Assembly (NCBI GenBank): GCA_965655095.1
Contig: OZ296650.1
Coordinates: forward strand, 35,154,001-35,218,000
DNA: 64,000 bases
Direction of reading: 5' to 3'
Origin: Haplodiscus bocki
Lineage: Eukaryota
Shown here: one piece after another, positions 27,280 to 40,100 of the stretch
How positions within the stretch are numbered: the first letter of the stretch is position 1
Layout: every line of letters starts with the position of its first letter
The notes under the pieces: generated by a model
What the model saw: only the letters and a program-made list of their open reading frames with translations
What the model was told of the DNA's origin: nothing
Databases searched by the model: none
Position numbers and translations under genes: made by a program

Positions 27280-30200
27280 AATTATGTCAAAATATAACAC
27301 CAGAAATGGAACAAACTCAACACTTAACTGCTGTAAATTTTGTTCCGAAACTGTTGCAAAAACGAGAGCTGTTTTGTATGCTTCATATGCGACTGTCGAA
27401 TGCACCTTACAAAAAAGTGCAGGTTTCTTAACGATGTCGCAAATGAAAACATCATGGCACCTGAGAAAAACGCCCTCTTGCTGTGTAGTGCATGCGTTGA
27501 TGACAAACAACCCGACAAGCTCATCAAGGAATCAGCAACAAAAAGCGAGCAAAACTAACAGCAAAAAATTTTGAGAGCAAAATGGCTAACCTGAAAAGCT
27601 CTGTCTCTGAAATCAAAACCGTCATAACCCAAAACAAACTTGCAGACCGGTCAGACACTGAGATTGCTCACAGTGCAATAGGGGCCACCCCTGCCACAAG
27701 AAAAGATGAACGGAATTCGAACCGGAAAAAATCGCCGAATCCAAGAATAATGATGTTCGCTGCCGGCAAGAGCACGACTCCAATGAAGTTCAAAATGTCT
27801 TGGAACACATCGACGTTGAAGCAGCGATGTAATACAACTCCGCGATACGAACAAAACGAAAACAGTTCTCCTCAAATAGACAAATACATACCAAAGACGC
27901 ACGATTCAGCTATCGTCCCGCAAACTCCATCCTTATAGGGGACCCGTCAACTATCTAAAGAGAAAGCAGAACGCAAGAACCTGGCACTCACCAGGAGACG
28001 CGAACTATTACAGCAAGGTGCAAAGTCAAGAAACATAGGAGTACGCGACGGTGTACTATACATTCGGGACGGCAACAAATGGACACCTGACGGAGAAAAC
28101 CGTAACAAGTCGGGCACTAGTACCACCTGATTTTTTATGGTTCTCAAAGAACTTGTCTTCAACACAAGAGGCTTTCTTGACTACCAGAGAAAAGCTACCT
28201 TCTCAAACGCTGTTCAAACCAAAAACAGCCGCTATATCGTCTCCCTCACTGAGATTTGACTAACGGAACACATGACTACCAAAGGAAAGACAGACCTACT
28301 GACAGTGGCAACACAAAATATGTGGGCCTGCCGTTTGCTGTAACCAAAAACTAACTTACTAATTAAAACGTATCTGACTCCCAAGACTGCATCATCATAT
28401 TTGTTACCTAGTACAAAAAAGTGTATACCGCCTCCTTAGTGCCTCAAAAACTAGTCGATACTCATGGGCGACTGATCAATTTCAGGAATTTATCAAATTC
28501 TTGAGACTAACACAACTCCGACACAATGCTGCCCAGTCCTACATTGTAGGGGAGATCAAATTTCAATCTACTCAATGGCCAACAATTTTTTCATCCACTG
28601 GAGAAGAACAATTGATAAGCTACGATCTTTGCCAAAGAAAATTTAAAACAACTCCTTTTTACCCCGACAGGAAAAAGTCTTGACGTCCTCCTTTGCAAAA
28701 GAACTGACAAAAATCATCAGTGTTAACATCAAAAACCAAAGGAAACACCTGTTCTCATCTAACCACTTCCCCTTTTTCGTCAAAAGCAGCAAAGACTTCC
28801 AACCGAAACATGAATTAAAACCCCCTCCCAAGCTTCAACACAAACTCACATCGTTTGATTACAGAGAAGCAAACTGGAACGAAATCAGCCAATTCATAAG
28901 TGATCACCTTTTTGACCCCTACTGCAGAAGCAATTTAGATCTTATGGTAGACCTCTGGTACGAAAGGCTGTACGAGATCCTGGAAAATTTTTGCCCTATC
29001 AAAACTAAGCCCCGCTTTACCTGAGCACCTTGGTTCGGGAACGAAGCATCTCTTTCAATAAAGAAACTCAACGCCCCGCAGGAGGGCTACAGAACAAAAG
29101 GCAAACCGGCACTGAAAACTAAAGCTGAAGAAGCTCAGACAAAGTTGACATGATCGCTACAAAATGACAAGTTCAAATACGAAACAAAATTCTTCCACGA
29201 GCGCAAGTTCTCGGCCGTACAGAGGTATTTGAAATCATTTTCAAAGGCAAACGGTACAACATCCGAAATCCCTTTGGAAAGGAACGTCTCGAAAGATGAC
29301 TATGAAAAAGGTGAACTATTTAATAAGTACTTTCATTATGTTTTTTCGCAAAAGACTGCTAAGCCCAACTGGACCTCGAAAAGGAGCAAAAGTTGAGGTG
29401 CATTCACTGCACAGCGAGAGAAACTAAAAGGGCAATCCTAAATTTAGACGTGAACAAGACCCTCGGCGCCGACCATATCAGCATTGCGCTCTTCAAAGAC
29501 CTCGCCGAATTCTTACCGAAATCACTAATAATGATTTTCAATGTTATCGCAATACAAGCTGTTTTTTGTGAAATGGAAAGTAAGTGTCATACTTCCCCTT
29601 TTCAAAGAAAGTGATAAGCAAAATGCATCGAACTGCAGGCCCATTGGCCTTCTATCTTTGGTCTCCAATTGGACAGAAGAACTAGTTTTTGACAAAAAGT
29701 CGCCTGCCGTCTACTCAAAGCTATTCCCGAATCAGCATGGTTTCAGACCAAAGAGATCTATATTTGTCAAATCTGATCGAATTCTTTCACTAAGTATATA
29801 CTCAACTTGATTCACCAAACTGCTCAACTTTAACTGCTTTTAATATTGACTTCCAGAAAGCCTTTGACAAGGTTTCCCATCAATGACTTCTCGAAAAACT
29901 CTCAAAATTTTGTATTGGACACAGCTGCCTCAAGCTAATGAGGAGCTACCTAGCACAACAGAGACAAACCGTGAAAGTCAATGATCAAAAGTCAAGCGAG
30001 CTACTAGTTCTGAGCTGCGTCCCACAAGGATACTTGCTCGGCCTTCTCTTGTTCTTTGTTCACGTAAATGATTTGCCCGATATCATAATGTCAACCAATT
30101 TCATTTATGCAGTTGACTTCAAAGTCGTTGCAGATAGTCCAGTTACATTGAAGATCGATATCAAACGAAGTTATAAATGGCGTTCCGACAACTCCATGTC

Positions 30201-30669
30201 AATGAACCCTGCGAAAAGCAAACATGTCGCGATAAAACATGTGCAGTATCAATGACGAATTACGCTTTCGAAAAAGCTGAGTTGTTGAAAGATTTTCGAG
30301 TTCTTTTTCCGAAAACCTATCATTATCACCTCATCCTAAAGAAAGAGCAGAGACAGTTATCAAAGCCCTTTACCTTTTCAAACGAAAGAAATCGAAAGCT
30401 ACACTTGTCAATCGAAAATTTGAAAATCTGATTTTAGTCGTCAGCTACGAATCGGCCTTATGGATGCCCAACAAAGGAAACCTAGGAGTAATCAAAAACG
30501 TGCAGCGGAATTCGTAGCCTGGATACCGGGACCGAACCGCCTCACTTACAAGGATAGTTTCACTACCCTGGTTGTTTTAACTCTCTTTACACCATGAGTT
30601 TCACCTAATCCTATTACTTGACAAATTATGAACGGTAACATCAACATACACTGGACGAAATATATGTCA
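27280..30669 (+). mobile_element. CR1/L2-group LINE, 5' part (PHD-like ORF1, APE, RT), interrupted by a nested LINE
   Basis: Cys-rich CCKFC..CFICDCRMH..LCSAC ORF1 fragments; APE end SSNHFPF; RT motifs WKVSVILPLFK..CRPIGLL, QHGFRPKRS, IDFQKAFDKV, VPQGYLLGLLLF and YAVDFK. Many lesions. Confidence 0.88.
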
Positions 30670-30748
30670 AATATGTATGTATGTATGTATGTAAGACTTT
30701 ATTACTTTTCGTAATGACTAAAAATTAAACAATATGGCAAACTAAAAA

Positions 30749-33520
30749 TTAAAAAACATGTTCATCTAATGCAAATAAGCGTTTGAACAGCTGTTTCACT
30801 CGAGGTTTGAAGATATTAGGCTCATCGAAAGAGTCGAGATTGTGCTTCTTCATCAACCAGTTTGACAGGGGAACAGTTCGCTGGAAGAAGTGATTGTCGG
30901 CCTGCTTTGTACGAGTTGATTTAACCTTGAGAACGGGCTTCAGGGTAGATCTGGTGTTGTAGTAAAAACTGTCACAGGGGTATGTGATCGATAAAAAGTT
31001 ATGAAAATCAAAATCGTACATGGCATTTAGGATTCGGTTGAGAAATAGCAGATCGTTTATTTTCAGGAGAAGATTTATGGGAAGTAAACCAGACGCGATT
31101 AATCTAGTCTTGTATGTAGTACCCTTGCATATCCACTTTGAGACGTTTTTCTGGAACTGTTCTAATTTAGATAGGTCTTTCTGGTTCGGGGACCAAACTT
31201 GGGACCCGTAAAGTAATTTTGGAAAATATAGGTCCTATACAATTTGATCTTGATTTGGCTATGTAAATGTGGCGGTAGACATCTTCTTAAGTATATAATT
31301 CTAATGTAACATGATTTTAGACGATCAGATATGTGTTTTGACCAAGCTAAGTTGCTTGAAAAAGATAGACCGAGATCAACCACGCTTTTTTGAAGAAATA
31401 TCTCTTGGTCATCCAAGATAAGCACTGGAATATCTGTGATGTAGTTTCGAGACCGAAAATCGAATGAAATGAGCTGTGTCTTTTTGGCATTGAATGATAT
31501 TTTGTTTACCTGAGACCACTGACAAAGTGCTAATATATCATTTTGCATTTCTAGAAGGTTGTTATGAATAAGTTTAACATCATCGGCATACAGGAATGTT
31601 TTTGAGTGCGATACTTGGGTTGGCAGGTCGTTGATAAAAACCAAGAATAAGAGTGGACCCAGAATTGATCCCTGTGGCACACCACTGGTGACTGGTAATG
31701 ACGCTGATTTAATATTGTTGAGTTTAACACATTGAACACGATTTGTTCAGTAGCTCGATAGCAAACTAAGCAAAGATCCTCCAATACCAAAAAGGAGTAA
31801 TTTTGCGAGTAGCGTCGCCTGAGATACGCTATCAAATGCTTTTGAGAAATCAAGATAAAGTGCATAACAATCTGTATTTGTGTCAACGTTATTGTAGATA
31901 GCCTGCAAATAAATTATTAGTTGTAGCACCGTAGATTTGCGTCTCATGAAACCAAATTGGGAGCCGGATAACTGGGGGGAGATGAAATCATATAACTTAT
32001 TGAACAGTAAGCGCTCCAATACTAATGATAATTTTGATAAACAAGAAATTGGTCTATAAATACTTATCGATTCGATATTACCAAATTTATGAAGGGGTGT
32101 TATAATAGCTTGCTTCCATTCGTTTGGCCAATATGAGTGATTTAACAAGTTCTTTATTAAATTATGGTAATGGATTCCCAGCGCATTAGAAGTCTGTAAA
32201 AGGACATCACCATTAATAGCATCTGTACTAGAACCACGTTTTGTTTGTCGTAAGGCCTTATCAACGTCTTGAATTGTGAATTCGATATTGTTTAGGTTAT
32301 TTTCAGAGAAATGAGAAAATGGTAGAATATCTTTCTTAAAAACACTGCAAAAATATTTGTTGAAACCGTTTGCTATAATAAGATCATCAACTAGGATTTC
32401 ATCGTTTAGAGTCATACAAGCTGATAATGTATTGCTACGTTGGAAAGAATTAATAAGTTTATAGCAATCCTTAACGTTCAGATTTGCGTCTACAAATTTT
32501 TCAATGAATATATGGGTATCAAGAGCGATAGATTCTTGTACATTGGTGGTTAATATCTGAACTGATGGTGTGGGAATATACGTTGGTTGTCGATTGACTC
32601 TTCTTTGTGTAGTATGGAGCTTGTTGAGCATGTGAATAATGTGCGAACTGTAAAAGCTAGGAAAATGGGTTCTTCTTTGCCGCTTACGTTTGAAGAAGGG
32701 TTGAATAATGGAGGTTTATTCTCCAATCCAGTGGGAATAATAAGCAGTCGTGTCATGTATAAAAAGTGAGAATAAACTGGATCCGATACACTGATTTATT
32801 TTTAGGTAATCTGGTTTAAGGGATAGTATAGGCTGAGATGTAGATTCGCTTGAGGAGTGTGTTCTTGGAATGTCGAACTCAACAAAATAGTGATCAGAAA
32901 AAGAATTTTCATCTATGGTAAAGTGCGTTGACCCATACTTTATAAGCACACAGTCGAGAATATTTCCAGATTGATGTGTGGGTGAAGTAATAATTTGTTC
33001 ATAGCCATTTTTAGTAAACATTTCGAGGAATAAGGGATACTCTGAAGTAGTGCTTTCGGTCATGCTGTTCCAATCAATTTTTGGCATGTTTAAATCACCA
33101 CAAATATTAATGTTGTCACATTTGGCTTTGGAAATAGTTTTATCGATATTCTCTGTCAGAATAATATCTTTGATGCGAAAATCACTGGAAGATGGTGGAT
33201 TGTATATGGTAATAATATGTACATTGCTATAGATGACTGAGCACATAAAATCGGCATTTAGAGATACTTTGCGCACTTTCAAACCTTTTCCTGACAGAAT
33301 TAATACACCGCCGTGTGAACCAGTATTTCTGTCCGAACGATTTATAATTGAATAATTGTCGTCAGGAAATTTTTTTTGTGTAAAATTTTCATCCAGCCAA
33401 ATTTTGGTGCACAAAACGATGTCGGTGGATACTAAATTTACCTTTGATGGTAACGATGAGCGACGGTTAAGTGAGAGAAGGCTCTGACAATTGATTAAAA
33501 GACATTTTGCTTCTTTATTT
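30749..33520 (-). pseudogene. LINE ORF2 (APE endonuclease and reverse transcriptase), frameshifted
   Basis: APE motifs RSDR..HGGV, IYNPP, GDLNMP, FSDH; RT motifs YRPISCL, LDFSKAFDSV, PQGSILGP, YADD. Split over ORFs 32716-33414, 31747-32631, 31162-31680 and 30749-31021. Confidence 0.92.
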
Positions 33521-33522
33521 AG

Positions 33523-34299
33523 TCAGTCAACGTTTAATTCTTTATTGCCTTGATAAAGTTTCAAGTAACGTATTTTCAGAGTTTCTTTTGGCACACCATT
33601 GGATATCAGTTCATAGCGCTTTGACAATAGTTTTTTTTCTATTGCAAGATCTGATGGTGATAAGTCCGTTGTAATAAGAATTTTATCGGTTTCAAATAGT
33701 TTTTTCTGAATTGCACTAGATATTACTAAACGCGCATCCCATGGTGATGAGAAAGTAGCTATTAGTTTTCTTTGGCGATCTTCAATGAATTTACCACGTC
33801 TGTTTGTTTCGATAATTGGACTATTGACATTTAGTTTTTTGAAGACTTCTTCCACTTTTTCTTTATCAGCAAAATGTCTATCAATAAATGATTTTTCTTT
33901 GCTTTCACTAATTCCGGAAATACGAACTCTATAGTGATGGTCATATTTATTGTTTTGTAGTACTTCTATGGGTTTTGAAGGTTGAGTTCGTTGTATTTCA
34001 GTTCTGGGTTCTTCAAGTTTGAATAGAACGGAGTCAATTTTCGCTTCCAGTGTTTTATATGGCGTAACCTCAATGGTGATACAACTGTTGCATTTCCAGA
34101 AAAGGTTATCACTACTCCCAAGGAAAGAAATATTTTCAACAGACAAGTTCATACAAGACCCATGATGCCAGTTATTACACGAATCGCAACATATGGAATT
34201 GGAATTGTCTGATAATTCAGCAGAGCATGTAGAGCATAGACATGTTTTTGTTGAACTTTTTTTGCTTTTTTGACCATATTGTAGCAATAATGTTTGCAA
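33523..34299 (-). CDS. LINE ORF1 protein with PHD finger and RRM-like domain (258 aa, open)
   Basis: CSTC..ICCDSCNNWHHGSC..FWKCNSC is a C4HC3 PHD finger; VRISGISES...ITTDLSP is typical of CR1-group ORF1. Confidence 0.85.
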   Translation of the reverse strand: MQTLLLQYGQKSKKSSTKTCLCSTCSAELSDNSNSICCDSCNNWHHGSCMNLSVENISFLGSSDNLFWKCNSCITIEVTPYKTLEAKIDSVLFKLEEPRTEIQRTQPSKPIEVLQNNKYDHHYRVRISGISESKEKSFIDRHFADKEKVEEVFKKLNVNSPIIETNRRGKFIEDRQRKLIATFSSPWDARLVISSAIQKKLFETDKILITTDLSPSDLAIEKKLLSKRYELISNGVPKETLKIRYLKLYQGNKELNVD

Positions 34300-34617
34300 C
34301 CGATTTATATCAATATAAAACGTTTTTGGAACCTAAAAAACTGGCCTGTTGTTGTTTTTGAGTTGGTGAGTTTGAGCAGAACCTGTGGCACCTATGTGAC
34401 CGTTTGATAAGCAGTCAAGCACCTGCGGTTCTCTGTGGAACGAATTAACCTGGTAGTTGGTGTGAGGTCCAGCTGAGTGGAGTTGAACGTTGGGATGGCG
34501 ATCACCAGCGCCTCTTCTCACACTAGATCTGCTGGGCCACCACGGCTGCCCAGGAACACATTTCAAAAATCTCTGAAAGTATTTAATAAGTTTATCACAA
34601 CAATTAGGCTAGGTTAG

Positions 34618-34980
34618 ACTATGGAGGCACGGGAAATTAACAAGCTAGTTACTTCGTCGCCATACCCATGAGGCTCAAGGAATGTGAGTCCGAATTGTGA
34701 TTCCAAACCTGCCAGCTAGCCAACCTCTTCAACGAATATTTCGAAGAAGACTTTCTCTTCAACCCGAACCACAAAAATACTTCTCCAAGTCTTACAAAGC
34801 CTTTTTCCGGCAAACAACAGCGAAACCAATCCCTGCACCTGGCGAATATTATGTGATTGCAGGACTTGTAAAGAAACAGAAAACTCGAACTATTACTTCA
34901 TTTGTAAAAGAACATGCATACGAATGGGTTCTTACCAATCCACTGGACATTTGTCCTAAATCCTTTTATTATTATTTTTA
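34618..34980 (+). mobile_element. 3' remainder of the interrupted plus-strand LINE
   Basis: Encodes FQTCQLANLFNEYFEEDFLFNP and NPCTWRILCDCRTCK, the C-terminal Cys motif of ORF2; ends in a TTA-rich tail. Confidence 0.7.
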
Positions 34981-34986
34981 AGTAAA

Positions 34987-35105
34987 GTGGCTATTCATCG
35001 CGCCTAAAGGTATATTGTTGACCATGCAGAATTGCAAATATTTCGGCGCTTTGAATAGTCTGCAATTTTTCGGCTTATTGAATGTTCGGCGCGATGGGAA
35101 GTCAC
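34987..35105. mobile_element. ~120-bp MITE-like palindromic element
   Basis: GTGGCTATTCATCGCGCC pairs with the reverse complement of GGCGCGATGGGAAGTCAC (14/18); three internal TTCGGCnnnnTG(AAT) units. Confidence 0.5.
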
Positions 35106-35645
35106 CGGAAAGTAGATGGTCTTGGTGGTTAGCTAGTACGGTGTTAATTTCAGCTGCATTTGACTCAATGTTGCTGAAAGTTTAACAATGATTATTGGAT
35201 TATCAGATTTTCCCTGAATGATCTTGAAAAAGGTGACAATGTGATCCTCCCTCATTGAATTACCCAAGTGTTCCAGTAGCCGCTCAATTGAGAAAGTTAG
35301 CGAGGTGCTTTTTCCAGGCCTACGGGCATCATGCTCCACCTGGGGGTGCTCATGTCCTCGTTTGGGAGCATGAATGCCCTGAGGACTAGACCAAACGTAG
35401 GGTAATATATATTCAGAATAAACGTCGTGCAAAGATCTCTTGATTTCTTCAACCCGGAGAATCTGAAGAAGAAACTGATTGATTATATGTGGATGTATTT
35501 TAATAGACATTGGACTGAAAACAATCCCTGTACTTGGATTTTCATTTGTTTACGTGTAAACTGTCGTGCCAATCCTAGATCCTAGATTGTAACAGCGGGG
35601 TAAAATTCCCCAGTGGCATATCCACCTAGTCATAATAATAATAAT
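35106..35645 (+). mobile_element. 5'-truncated LINE 3' end with (TAA)n tail
   Basis: DFFNPENLKKKLIDYMWMYFNRHWTENNPCTWIFICLRVNCR carries the same NPCTW..C..C motif as ~34830-34870; a short UTR is followed by (TAA)4 at 35633-35644. Confidence 0.7.
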
Positions 35646-36004
35646 ATTATTATTTAAAGGTATCACTTTTCTATACGTAGTTATCTGAACTTGAGTAGTA
35701 CAGATAGGGATTTTCCTACTCCAGGCGCTTTAGTAAGGAGGTAGTCGTCTAGCAGTCAAGCCCGATTCTTTCTTTAGTTCCAGAAAATGATGCCTCCCTC
35801 AAAAATGGAAAACAGCGGAATGTACTATTGAGGAAATAGGTTTTAGTCCAGTTATTACCCTCCGGTTCTGAGTCAGGCTGTTGGCCTATTTCAGTCAATT
35901 CATTACATCTTTTTTGGCGTCTAATGCCTAGCATGTGTGATACCTGTGTTTTTTTTCAGATTTACGCTGTTAATACGTTATGAAGTAGACTGCATTTAGA
36001 TTTA

Positions 36005-36533
36005 ATGAGCGATCTGAATTTCGAGAAGCTTGGAAAAATTGGCCAAGGACAGTATGGAGTTGTATATAAAGCTAGAATGGTTGCAACCGGACATGAAGTA
36101 GCCTTGAAACGTATCTTGATTGATGAGTACGATGGTATTCCTTCCACAGCTTTGAGAGAAGTTTCGCTCTTACAAGATCTTAAGCATCAAAATATTGTGA
36201 AATTGATAGATGTACTGCATGTCGATGCGAAGTTTTATTTAGTTTTCGAGCTACTTGAAATGGATCTGGGACAGCTTCTGAAGTCAGCCCGTCCCGATGT
36301 GTTCCCGATAGAAGTAACCAAGTCTTTATTCAAGCAGCTGATCGAGGGTTTATACTATTGTCACTCTAGAAGAATCTTGCATAGAGATATTAAGCCTCAA
36401 AATCTACTTTTGAGTTCCGAGGGAGTCCTGAAACTAGCTGACTTTGGACTGGCGCGTTTGTTTTCACTTCCATTGCGGGCCCTTACGACTGAAGTTGTTA
36501 CTTTATGGTACCGGCCACCAGAAGTTTTGTTTG
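36005..36533 (+). CDS. First coding exon of a CDK1/2/3-like cyclin-dependent kinase (subdomains I-VIII)
   Basis: [36 protein letters not shown] and [11 protein letters not shown], with no lesions. Acceptor TTTTTTCAG ends at 35959 and donor G|GTGAGT is at 36533/36534. The ORF-track tail past 36533 is intronic. Downstream exons were not found in the window. Confidence 0.9.
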
Positions 36534-36604
36534 GTGAGTTTCCACTTTTCCCACTGGAATGCCAATCACTATTGCAGTGTTAAACGGTATTACATTGAGA
36601 TCTC

Positions 36605-36735
36605 TGTTTCTGGTAAAAAAAACTGGGTAGATAAAATAGGTCAATTCAGCTGAATATAGTAAGACCCCACACAACGATCGTTCATTAATCTGGAATACCA
36701 GTTACAAATTACAACACTAATTAATCAATGAAACA
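36605..36735 (-). repeat. Copia 3' LTR (131 bp)
   Basis: Identical to 41429-41557 except A8 versus A6; polypurine tract GAAAAGACAGAGGAA at 36736-36750 on the minus strand. Confidence 0.95.
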
Positions 36736-37102
36736 TTCCTCTGTCTTTTCTAAATAGGCAAGCACCAAATGACAAGCGACGCGCGATGTAACTATGCAGC
36801 GCGCAATGAATATATCAACAGTAGGTTGGTGCTAAAGGTGCACGCAATAACAACTGTACAGCGAATCTAATATATCAGCGGCTAATTGAGAGCTCATGCA
36901 TATATTATCAGAGTAGATACATGTACATGCGAAGTGAATATATTAACAGCCTGTAAACATGTGTTTAATGCAACAACATAACAACAAATACATGGCTAAA
37001 ATAAGAGATTACGGCACAAGAACAGCAAATTTAAAGGTGATTTAATTAATAGGTCAAGGAAGGATATTTACGTACAGCACGTTAACTAGGGTGAACTATA
37101 GG

Positions 37103-40100
37103 TTACTTTTGAGCGGGAAAATGTTCTTTTGGCAGCGGAAAATCAATTTTTCCATTCTCCAGCGTCTTTTGTAGGATCTTTTCCGAACAATTCTGCTTTG
37201 TGAGACAATTTGCGAGTTGATAACCGGTCGGTATCCACAATAAGCTTTCGATTTCGCCCTTTTCCAGGGATTCAGCTATAGAGGCGACATCTATACGTAA
37301 TCTCTTCTCAGATACCGGTTTCGTGGAACCAACAGCGCTGATCAAAGACTTGTTGTCGCTGTAACAAATTATGGGGAGCAAAATTCCGGTAATTTCCTGA
37401 ATCTGAGCGCGAATAAAAATAGCAGAATCGATAGCTGTGACTAGCGCCAGGGTTTCTGCTGCTAGGGTGCTATGAACTACCCGGTTTAATCGCTTGGACT
37501 GCCAGTTTAAAGGACAAATTCGGTCGTTTTTGTCCGCCAGTAGCAACAAAAACCCCGCCTGAGTATGACAGGTGGCTGAATTTGCAAATGAAGCATCTGC
37601 AAACACTAAAATTCGCCACGAATTCATGTATTCAAGTCTTGAAAACGTAATTCGCTGACTTTTAGAGTATTTCAAGCGTCGAATCACCTTGTTTACGACA
37701 ATCTGACACGTGTCAGGGGATGCCTTGAATTGGACACGAATGCTATGGAGGCCGAAACAGTTATCAGGTCGGGTTTGCCCGGAAACCCATTCAAGCTTTC
37801 CAAGGATAGCTCTCACCGAATTTTCATCTTGAATGGCGCTCGATTCTTCAAGATTCTCAATATACTGTTCCTGTGATAGCTCCAGGACCCCAGATTCCAG
37901 TTGTTTCATGAAAACACCCAAATGCTGGAAGCCTTTGACTTCTTGACGTCCAATGACAAATGTCTCTTTAAAGGGCTTCATTACCTCCTTATGGAATTCC
38001 GAAGTACCGCCATACAAAATATCATCCACATGAACGCAAATCGCCCCGCCAATGCCAGATTAACCTGTGTAGAAGAAAAACGCCTTGTTCAGTTTGCTTT
38101 GTCGCGTTTTATGATTAACAAAGAAGCCAACAATTTTTTTCGTACCACATTCGGGCTGCATCACCAAGTCCATACACGCATTTATTCAGTTTCCAGATTT
38201 TGAGGGTGTCCGCCTCTTTCGGAGGTTTTAAGAACACGTCACGGCCAATCTTCTCACCTTGCAAAAACGCAGTTTTAACATCAAGACTGCTTAGTGTCCA
38301 GTTGAAATGAGCAATCAGGGTCAGAAAAACCCGACGGAGCTCCCTAGAACATGTAGGAGAGTCCACAGAGTCGAGATGTGTCCTCTTGGAATCCTCGGGC
38401 TACAAGTCTCGCCTTGCGAGTTCCGTTGTCTTTAACCGTTAATACCCATCGTACTGACACGAGCTGTTGACCCGTAAAATCAACTTCTTCAAAAACACCA
38501 TTTTCACGCCAATTAAATAATTCTAGTCGTTTCGCTTCTGAAAATTCATCTACAGATGTTACGTGAACCGTTTCGTAGTCAGTGCCATTCTGGTGATTGG
38601 GTACATATCGCCACGATCTTATGTCCGTTCTCCAATTATAACACCCTGTCTTACCTGCTACAGTGTCAGGTGCTTCGTGCTGAACGTTAACCCAATCTTT
38701 GTGTTTTCCCGTGCTCTTTCAGGCAAGAATTCGGCCATGATATGATGTAGACGTTTCATCATTTTCCAATTCGAAGACTACACAATCCCTCCCTTCTTCG
38801 GTTTGACGGATCCGGGCCTTGATTTGCCATTTTCGGAAATATCATCGCAGATAGCATCTGTAACTTCATTGGAGCAGCTGGAATTCAGAGTAACGCCAGT
38901 ATCGCAACTTTCAGAGGTTACGCCACCGGATGCGTTACTTACAAGTGGCGCAGAGTGCTGATCATGATCAGTATAGCTTGGTGGTATGTTCCAGGTCTCA
39001 CTCTCATTGCTGACGAGTTTGTCATTACTGACTAATTTCCCAGAATTTACTGTAACTTCGCTTTCACTTTCAGCCTTTTCCGCGTTATCTCCATTAATTC
39101 TTGACGCTCTAAATGCATGAACTGTAATTATCTGCCCTCCGTCTTTTATGATCAATTCCTGACCCTCATGAAGAATAACACGTCCGGGACCTTGCCACGG
39201 TCCACTTTGCTGGCGCTTGTAAAAAACACTTTCACCTGGCATGAAAGGCGCATCAGAATACCGAACTTTTCCCAGTAGAGCTCTTCGAACACGTTCGGAA
39301 CAGTCTGCCCGTATGAAGCCAGATCGGGATGCCTCTAACAATTTGAAATGATCCGCGACTAAACTCGAAATTGAAGTTGTTTCAAGGGCAGGAATATCGT
39401 CATTCAGAACAGACGGGAGACGAGGATTGTGGCCAAATACTAATTGATACGGAGTGAATCCAAGATGGCTTTCTAGACAATTTTTAGCGAAAATGACATG
39501 TTTTAACGCCAAATCCAGTGCCATATTCGGATTTTGAGTCATAGTTTTATCAAGCATCTCCGAAATAACTCCATTATGCCTTTCACACAGCCCGTTGCTC
39601 CAGGGGCTATAGGGAGTCGTAGGGAAAATACGAATACCATGTCGCTGGCACAGATTTCTCAATTCTCCATTTTTGAATTCTCTTCCGTTATCAACATGAA
39701 TTCCCCGAGGTGGGCCAAATCGTAATATCCAATATTTCACGAGTGAAGAAATAATATTCTCAGACGATTTGGAGTTATTAATAACAGCGTCGCTAAGCCT
39801 TGAGAATTCATCAATTATATGCAGAAACCACAATTTTTCCTTGAACGATAGTTGATGAAGGTCCATAGCAACGACGTCGTTGAACTTGTGGGCAAGTGGT
39901 AACCCAACTTTCGGACGTGGCCTGTTTCGGGAATTTCCTATACATATCTTACACTTCTTGCACATTTCCTGTAGTCTTTGAGCGAGCGATCCACACTCAT
40001 ATCCAGCGTTCTTTAGGAGAGTCAGTAGTTTCTCTGTTGAACAATGCGCAAACTGAACGTGCAACTTCTCTAGGTCCATCTCAGTCAATTCTGTGCTCTC

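Larger units (their letters stand above)
30676..34617 (-). mobile_element. Near full-length CR1/L2-group LINE (~3.9 kb) inserted antisense into the previous LINE
   Basis: ORF1 plus ORF2 (APE-RT); 3' (TACA)n tail at ~30672-30693; flanked by AATATG (30670-30675) and ACTATG (34618-34623), a probable TSD. The host LINE sequence resumes after 34617. Confidence 0.9.

Noticed and set aside
36534-36583. CDK ORF C-terminal tail [15 protein letters not shown]
   Set aside because: Kinase similarity stops exactly at a consensus GTGAGT donor, so this is intron read-through.
36770-36990. CRISPR-like repeat-spacer array
   Set aside because: Repeats are short, degenerate and irregularly spaced, with no cas genes and a eukaryotic retrotransposon context; kept only as a motif array.
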